Source: Epiperipatus broadwayi
Taxonomy: Eukaryota > Animalia > Onychophora
Reading direction: 5' to 3'
DNA length: 64,000 bases
Assembly (NCBI GenBank): GCA_028023455.1
Contig: JAQFVV010000003.1
Span: 23,498,001 to 23,562,000, forward strand
The stretch's first letter is position 1; every line of letters starts with the position of its first letter. Below the pieces are notes generated by a model. The model had not been told where the DNA came from. It ran no database searches and saw nothing but the letters and a program-made list of their open reading frames with translations. The translations under genes were made by a program, and so were the position numbers. Below are positions 55,601-64,000 of this stretch, in pieces.

Positions 55601-57115
55601 GATAAATTTAATCTGACACCACATTAATTAATTATATTAAGAAGTTGTTTTTCATCATGAATTTTTATTTATTTATAAAATCACTCCATTATTGCAAATA
55701 TCATTTTTTATTTGCAATCTAGACTGATCATTGTTTAAAAAATAAATGTAGAAAATATTCCTTGGAGATAACATTTCTTCACAAGAGAAAACTAAGACAG
55801 CCTTGACATATGATGACATAATTAATACAAAGGATACTTAACGTTTTCAATTCAAATATCCTCTATGCTGCTAAGACATCTTTTCTCAGTAAAAGAGCAC
55901 TGGTTTATACTTAAATTTGTAATGAACTTGCTATCAGAAATCTACATGATGTATCATATGGTAATTTGGAATAAAATACAAATATGGAGGTAAAATAGCT
56001 TAAATTTTTTTAGTAATAAGATAGGGTATGTGATTCCAAAACCTTTTTTTAATGAATATTTTCTGCCTGTAACTTTTCTATTAGAGCAGCTCTTTTTATT
56101 GTGATTTATCTGGGTAGCTAATTCCAAATTATGCAGTTTGCTATCTTGTCAAATTTTTATATGCATTAATAGAGTATGTATTACAGAGATTTTAAATATA
56201 TACCTCAAAATATTAGAGATAAATTATGGTCAAAGAACTATTTAATAAAAATTTAATTGAATAATATATTGATTGGGAATTCATAAAAAATTCAAGTATA
56301 AGAAATGGCAAAGAAGTACTCATTTCATGAGAACTAATCTATTTCTTTTACTCCAGTTCTGCCACCATATTTAAGCATAGCTAATCAATAAATGCCAGAC
56401 TCTACTGACCAATAAATGCCTAAGATTAGATTTACTACTAAAAAATAATGTGCAGGCAAAGATCATGTAAAGTTTTATTGGTATTAGTTAATCATTTGAT
56501 AGATAATAAAATAATTTACTTCCTTGGAAAGTACAAAGTTCAATTATTACACCATACTTCAAAAATTTAACAATGTTCCAATAGTGAAATGAAGACTTCC
56601 TATCCGTTATCATGTTTCTCTGAAAATAAAACTGTCTTATATTAATTTTTACTCCAAGACAACATTCTAGAGCTTATTTTCAGGGGCTGTTTTATTTTTT
56701 TCACGCACAAGTCTACATTTATTTATGTATAAGAATCTGCATTTATTCAAAACAGTAATTGAAGAATTATGAGATACATGGCAAAACATTGCAGGAAATA
56801 AAATTCTGAAATCATTTCTTTATCTCACATGAATGTATAATTGTTAGCATATCTATTATAATACATAATAACAAAGTTAGTAGTTCCAAAACATAAACTC
56901 TTCTGATTAACTTTTATTTTAAAATAAAATCTATATTTGACAATATAATAAATATTTTCTCATCACCAGAGGTTCACACATGTGTTATGTCTGCATTCTG
57001 ATTGGTTATTTGGTAGGCTTATGATTTATGATCTTAGAGCTTCTTTACATTGCTGGAGAAGCATTGCTGTGATTTTAATGAAACACATTTGTGAGGCAAA
57101 GAAATAACATATGTA

Positions 57116-57231
57116 CAGTATTATCTTTCTAACTAGGGCTTATTTTTGGGGTAGGGCTTATATTACAAACATCCTAAAAAATCATGCTAGGGTTTATTTT
57201 CTGGTTAAATTTTATTTTTGGTGAAACATTG
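57116..57231. mobile_element. Short Tc1/mariner-type (Tc2/pogo-like) MITE
   Basis: Flanked by TA on both sides. Internal repeats AAAATAAGCCCTA / AAAATAAACCCTA on the minus strand. Imperfect CAGTATT / CAATGTT termini. Confidence 0.6.
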
Positions 57232-59234
57232 TATTATTATTCTAATAGACGTATATAAAAAATTTACAATTCTGTTAAATAAATGAAGGCTTTTAGATTG
57301 AGACCATTCAATTCCTCCCATCTTCTGATAATGTATATGTAATTAATTAGTAGCAAAATTAATTTAAATTCCATATGCACATCTATCTCCATTAATGGAA
57401 TAATTAATATTTTTTTATAGTCAAACAATAGTGGTTTCAGTTTTGATTACAGTTTTAATCAGTTATATGATATCATCAATTTCTCCTATTGTTATATTTT
57501 GTTTCTTTATGCAAAATGCAAATCAACTTATATTAAATCACTATTATATCTCATCACTTTTAATTGTTTATTGTTAAAATTATATTTTCTCAAATCATTA
57601 TCAAATGTCTTTTTTTAAAAACAAAATAAATTAATATTTTAATAGGAACAATTTGAAGCATATATATATATTTAAAAAAAATGTATAAAAATAATTATTC
57701 ACAATAAATCAGTTAATTTCATCAAATGTTAAAATTTCTTAACAAATTAATAATTATAATGCTAGACTATTTCTTTCTACTTGAAATTTTTAAATATTTT
57801 TTGAAAAATTCAAACATATTTTTTAAATTCATTCAAGGATCATACTGGAAGTTAGTATGAAAGACATTTTCAATGGTATTATTTTTTTCTTCTTTTTCTA
57901 TAAAATATAAAATTGAGATATTGAAAAATCTAGGAATGCTATGTGAATATGAAAAGTTATAAAAAATAAACTAATCAACCCAGCAAAGATGATAAAAAAA
58001 AAAAAAACATAAAAGAGAAAAGTATATTTGATTGGTAAAATATAAGTATATTGGGCAGAAAGAAAAAAATAATAATAAGAAGTAGTTCACTTGAAAATGC
58101 CAGACAACTCCATAAATCAACCTAATGTTACAATCCACAAGGTTTAAAAACCACTCATTAATATTGCCATTTAAAGGAATGATAAATCAGAAGGACCTTA
58201 ATAGATAAGTATATACAATTTCTCTTGCCTGTTGTCTTTGATAGAGCATCATCTTAAATTTATTATCTCAAGATCATTAATTTGATTCCCATTTTAATAT
58301 TATCACTGGTCAGGCAATGATCCACATGTTCCTTACTAACCTATATGTTATTTTTATAATTGAATGTATGAGGAAACACCATAAATAAAGTTTGAATTTA
58401 TCTAAAAATATTTAACAATTCACCTAGATAATGAACATAATCCAACTTATAAATGCTTAAGTCATGAGCTTTTAAAAAATCTCAGATCATCAATGAGTTT
58501 AGGATTTTTTACTCCAGATTATCAGCTCATAATCAATCTAGTTAGCTAATTAGTATCTAGTTATCATTAGTTAGAGGATAAAGGTTCCAAACTATTTTGA
58601 ATTTATAAATGTCAATGTGCTGACTATAGAGACAAAAAAATATGATTGTAATGTATTGTTGTTTTCATCATCAGTGTGGAAATGTATTCCTACAGGTGCT
58701 GACGCTATAGTTTAACACACACACACACACATAATCATAAAAGAAGATTTTATGCATATTTTTTAAAATGATTAACAACAATCAAACTTACAAAGTTAAA
58801 TGATTGTACAACTACTGTATATGTTAAAATTCTCACATTTATATGTTTGTAAGAATGGAAAACTGTAGATTTTTTATTTATCTTTGTTTATTGGCTGACT
58901 AAAGAATATTAAAATTATCTATAATGTACAGTCATGTTTTAATTACTTTTTTTAAATTTAAAATTTAATTATTTTTATTTTTTACCATGATTAAATGTGA
59001 TATTGATATTTGTTGAGCCTGGTTCAATGCAGTAATAAAGCAACCATTTTTATAGAGTCCATGAATCACAGCTGAACTTTATCACATCTGTTGCTCAAAC
59101 TTCATATGATCTCCTGAACCAAACCATTTTATTAATTTAATAATATAATAGATCTATTTTTTTATTCATTTTATTATTTATTACATTATTGAAATACAGG
59201 TATACTTTTATATCCATCCGAGTCCAGATGTAAT

Positions 59235-59640
59235 TATAGGGAATTTGAACCCAATCTTTCAAACTCCCTTCAGCTATCAAATCTATCTCATACAACCAAT
59301 ACATATGTCCACACACATGTGAAAAATATAAATAATCTCCAATATATGTATTTCATGTTAAACCAGCACTCAAATTTTCAATGGCATAGAAGGCTGAAGA
59401 GTTGGATGATGAAGTAGATAAGAGCCTGTCCATTAAAGCTCGAAGATTTATTATCTTAATATAAATTGAGTATTGATTATATATATATGTGAGGGAGGTG
59501 ATGATCTGGACCAACTAATGAATGTTGTTTCAGCATGAAATATGTCTATTGGAGATCATTTGTTTTTTCACATGTGTATCGATTGTATGAGATATATTGG
59601 ATAGCTAAAGGGAGCTTGAAAAACTGGGTTCAAATCCTCT
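59235..59640. mobile_element. Family A copies A6 (-, 59235-59372, truncated in the HHR core) and A7 (+, 59373-59640, HHR at 59511-59552) fused head-to-head
   Basis: A6 reverse complement: TGA GTGCTG GTT TAACAT GAAA TACATA TA TTGG. A7: CCAA CTAATGA ATGTTG TTT CAGCAT GAAA TATGTC TA TTGG. Confidence 0.8.
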
Positions 59641-61569
59641 ATAATTATATTTATTACATTGAAAAATTTATCCTATGGGAGTTTTAAAGTTATCTAGTAT
59701 CAGTATTCATTTGAATATTTTGATTTCTGGATTTAGCAATTTTATCTTTCACCTTGCTGAGTTTGAGAATAATACAAAAAAAATTTAATTCAAGTTATAA
59801 ATATTTATTTATAATAAAACAACAAAATATTACACATTACAGCACACATATTTATTTGGTATAATACTTAGTAAGAAATAGATATGATTAATGTTAAGTG
59901 TAACCTAGTTTTAATTTAAACAGTAATGTTTGGTTATGGTATAACACATTAATCTTTTGATTGATTACCATTTTGTAGTAATTTAAATAAATAAATTATC
60001 AAATTGTTTTATTGCCCAGAGTTCATAAGAAGGTCAAGGATTGGAAGTGTCAAAACTGGCATTGATTCAAGTACTATTTGATAGTGTTCATATTATGTTC
60101 ACCATAGTGATTATTGCATTGTAAGCATAACAACAGAACTTACATAGTATTTAATATAAGTTAATTTCTGGGCTTGTAACCAGAATAATAATATTAGACA
60201 CTAGGATGTAACAAGATTTAAATTATTTATCTATCATTTTGCAATCATGAAATAACAGTTTTGAATATTCTGTTGCAAGTAATCTGACAGCATCCAATGA
60301 GAATAATTATTGGTATTGGCTGTAATTACCAGTCTCTAATGATTGTTCTGAGATTGTTATCTTTTTTAATTACAGAATATAGACCACAATGTGAAAATGG
60401 ATTCTGCTTATGACTGATTGAAAATATAATGGTGGGTTTGACATTTTAATCTCATAAAGGGAATGATTAAAAAAAAAGATGATGAATATTTAAAACTCAA
60501 CATGCAGTTGGAATATTGATTAGTTAATATGGTAATAGAATTTTTGATTATATAAATGTTGGAATTATGACAATACATAGGAGATATGGAAAGAGTCATG
60601 ATGATAGTGAAGATATTATATAAATATTTACAAATATTATTATATGTCTTATTGACATTAATTTATTGAAATGTATGATTTTATTATGTATCTAAATATT
60701 AACCAATTATGTTGCATATAGTATAAAGTCTATTCTTATTTTGATCAGTGCTCTATTATAGAAAGTTTTATAGGTTTGTTGTATATTATAAAAATATATA
60801 TTGCAAGATTAATAAATATCTATTATTTTATTTATATGTTAAGTTAATTATCCAAAGATAAATGTAGTAATTAGGCAACAGAATACTGTAAACAAGCAAT
60901 ACCAACTATCAATTTTTACCATTCTTTTAAAGCAATTAATTCTAGCATTTCAGAACTATATTTTAATTATGATGGACCTTATGTCATTAAGGTGAAATAG
61001 ACTTTTAAATAGTTCCCTGTCAGTTAAATGTCTCTTTAACAACCCCCAAAGAGAAACAGTAAGTAGAAGAAAGCATTCATTTTGCAAGTTGCTTTATGAT
61101 GAGAGTTTGAATGGTTTTACATCATTGTTTTATCTTCTAGCTAAGAAAAATTAGGTATTCATTTATGTTTAATATTGTATTTTTAATTGAATGTTAGATC
61201 AGACACTTAAGAAAAAAATCTTAACTCTACTGGAATTTTTTTTCAAGTTTACTTGATCCTGATTTGAATTTAGATCAAAGATGTAGTATGCTATACTATC
61301 TTTGAACCACAAAACTCTTTAAGATGCATATAAATAGTAATAAAAACATACTAATCATTTGTAAAATAAAAATGCTTTTAATTCATAGTATAAGATTATT
61401 AAAAAATAAATAATTGGTCAAAATTGTTTGGTATTAAGTTACAGAAGCACACTGCTATATGATAATCATGAGAAAACATTTTTATTAGTGCATTAATATT
61501 GAAATGTTGTAGAACAATATTCTGTTTATTAAAGTATGAAGATTGGCTATCTTAATATATATCAGAGCA

Positions 61570-61725
61570 ATCTGGACCAACTGATGATTGCTGCTTTAGC
61601 ATGAAATATGTATATTGGTGATTATTTATCTTTTCGACATTTATGTCGTTCATGTGTATCAGTGTTATGAGATAGAGTGGAGAGTAGTAGGTTGTGTGAA
61701 AGCCTGTGTTCATATACCCTATATA
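61570..61725 (+). ncRNA. Family A copy A8; hammerhead at 61577-61618
   Basis: CCAA CTGATGA TTGCTG CTT TAGCAT GAAA TATGTA TA TTGG: intact core, U-U mismatch at the base of stem II. Confidence 0.8.
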
Positions 61726-63805
61726 TTAAAAGCTTTTATATTGAATGCAATAAATTTTTAAATTATAAGTTTAGGATATGGAACCTTATGAGTGCAGATC
61801 ACACTGTGTTAAAAACTTATATTCCAAAAACTTTTCTAGTGATATTTTTACACACACATATACACTTTGATGTTAATATCATAGAAGTATATGTTGCAAA
61901 AATATTGATGTTACAGTAAAAAGTTAATAATTTCTGCATCCAAATGAATGATGTAGTATGAATAATGCCTAGCAATTCTTTCTAATAAAATTTGTATGGT
62001 TTTAGCATAATCGTAGAATGGGAAATTAAGAATTAGAAGTGCCCATATTGATTTCTAGATATTTAAAGTAGAAAAAAAAATTCTTTTATTGAAATAGAAT
62101 GAAACTGTTATGCTCAATTTGCCATTTTGTTGGTCAGATGGCACATGACTCTGGAGTATTTGACATATAATCTTTTTTTTTTTTTTTTCAATTAGTCAAT
62201 ATATTATTTTTCATTTTTGGTATATATAGAAAACATTTAACCTAATTTGAACTCACTTGCAAATGTGAATTATTTATATTATTTAGAACAAGATAGTATA
62301 TTGGACTTGAGAGCTTAAAAGTTCTTGGATTTAAGTTCCATTTGTCATTTTGGTGCTCAGTGACAAATGGTATTAACAATATACAGTCAATTATTTATTT
62401 ATTGAATATTAATATCAAAAATTTGTTTTCAATAAATCTTTTTAAAAAAATTAATTTTATAAGAATGAATTATTTTTGAAATAATAATGATGATGATGAA
62501 GAGGATATGTTTTAGAAGTAGAAATGTTTGCTAATAAACTATTTTGTCTTTGTAATTTATTGTTAATTATTCAAAATCTGAGTTGCTCTGAATTACTTGA
62601 AGGGATCTTTTTTTTTTTTTTTAAATCTTCTGAACTGCAGCTGACTTAAGAAATTAAGATATCATGGTAATATAATTTAGTTGACAGTGAAATACATATA
62701 TGGGTAGAGATTATTATCCAGGAAACTAATTTTAATTTTTATCGGTAATTATTTGTTTTTCAAGCAGTTTGTCTTGTCAAGATCAATTAGTTTCTTTATA
62801 CACCTGATATATGAAGAGCTCATGTTGTATTAAGCATATGCTTGACTATAAATTATAAGAATTAATTTGTGATTTGACATATTCGTATTAAGTATAGTAT
62901 ATACACACTCAAAAGCTTTATGTAAGTGTGAAAATACTACTAGCATATACAAGTGCTATTTTTGCATACTGAATTAATTGTGTGTATATATATCACATTT
63001 GTGGAATATGAACTAAGTTAAACTTTGGTACTTAAAAGAATTTTAAAAACATTCTACAAACAAATAACTATTATTTAAATAACTCCAACAGTATTATTAA
63101 TAATAACAATAATATAGTTACTTTAGTTATTCTGGAGGTCATGATTTTCAAGATCCAAAAAAACTAGTTGAGCATAACAGTTCTACTCATTTGATCAGAT
63201 TAAGATTGAGTTTTTCCTCCTCCAATTACTCAACTGAAAATCAATTCCTGAAACTTTAGTTTTTGAGGCCACTATTCTACTACTGTTCACAAGACTTTAT
63301 TGAAATGGTATGGGAGTTGTCACTGACCAATTATTCTACTTGTATATATATATTTACTCAAAAGCAAATAAAGTATATATGCATCAGAGTACTATTTAAA
63401 CAATAATGATTATTATCAGTAATAGTTTATAATTTTTTTGTCATCTCTCTAACAGTTTATTTTAGCATCTTGGTTTCAGGGCTATATTAATGAGCTCTCA
63501 CATTAATGTCTATTAAATTCCAAAACACAGTACAAAGAACACTTCAGGGGTGCCACAAAATATAGTAATTAACAATCGCATAACACTTTTTTACAATAAA
63601 AATTTAAAATTAAAGTATAAAAAAGTAATTGATATATTCTGAATTATAAAAGATAAACATCCTCACATTATATTAGAGCTATTATTACTAATAAAGCACT
63701 TACATAATTTAAATGCAGTGATGGAGTAATGGAACTCTGGGATTCTCTAGTTGTATCATTTCTGGTATTTAAATATCTCAGTAATTTCCACGCAATAACC
63801 TTTCA

Positions 63806-63931
<126 letters not shown>

Positions 63932-64000
63932 TAAAGAGAGAGTGAGAGACTAAAACCAATAGAAAATATATGAGAGTATGCTTGCTAAAATTTTATCTAG

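Overview
Very AT-rich, CpG-depleted animal (probably invertebrate) DNA, not prokaryotic. The only host gene I can support is the first coding exon of peroxidasin (19419-19585, +; signal peptide plus LRR N-cap [15 protein letters not shown]). It sits in a CpG-retaining patch and is followed by an intron that appears to run past the window end. The rest is transposon debris: RTE, CR1/L2 and L1/Tx1 LINE fragments, Tc1/mariner-pogo type MITEs, foldbacks, a tRNA-Gly pseudogene and long microsatellites. The striking unexplained structure is a dense set of minimal type I hammerhead ribozyme (HHR) motifs, about 19 intact-to-degenerate copies in at least four sequence families. Family A is a dispersed non-coding repeat with 8 copies. 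Family B is a tandem array with 341 nt HHR spacing, plus related relics, one inside a MITE. Family C is a palindromic/tandem cluster. The fourth is a variant-core HHR in the 3' UTR of a Penelope-like element (RT thumb plus GIY-YIG) that forms a near-perfect 2.08 kb head-to-head palindrome. All ribozyme calls are by-eye folds and all homology calls are from motif recognition; no searches were run. Boundaries of degenerate elements are approximate.
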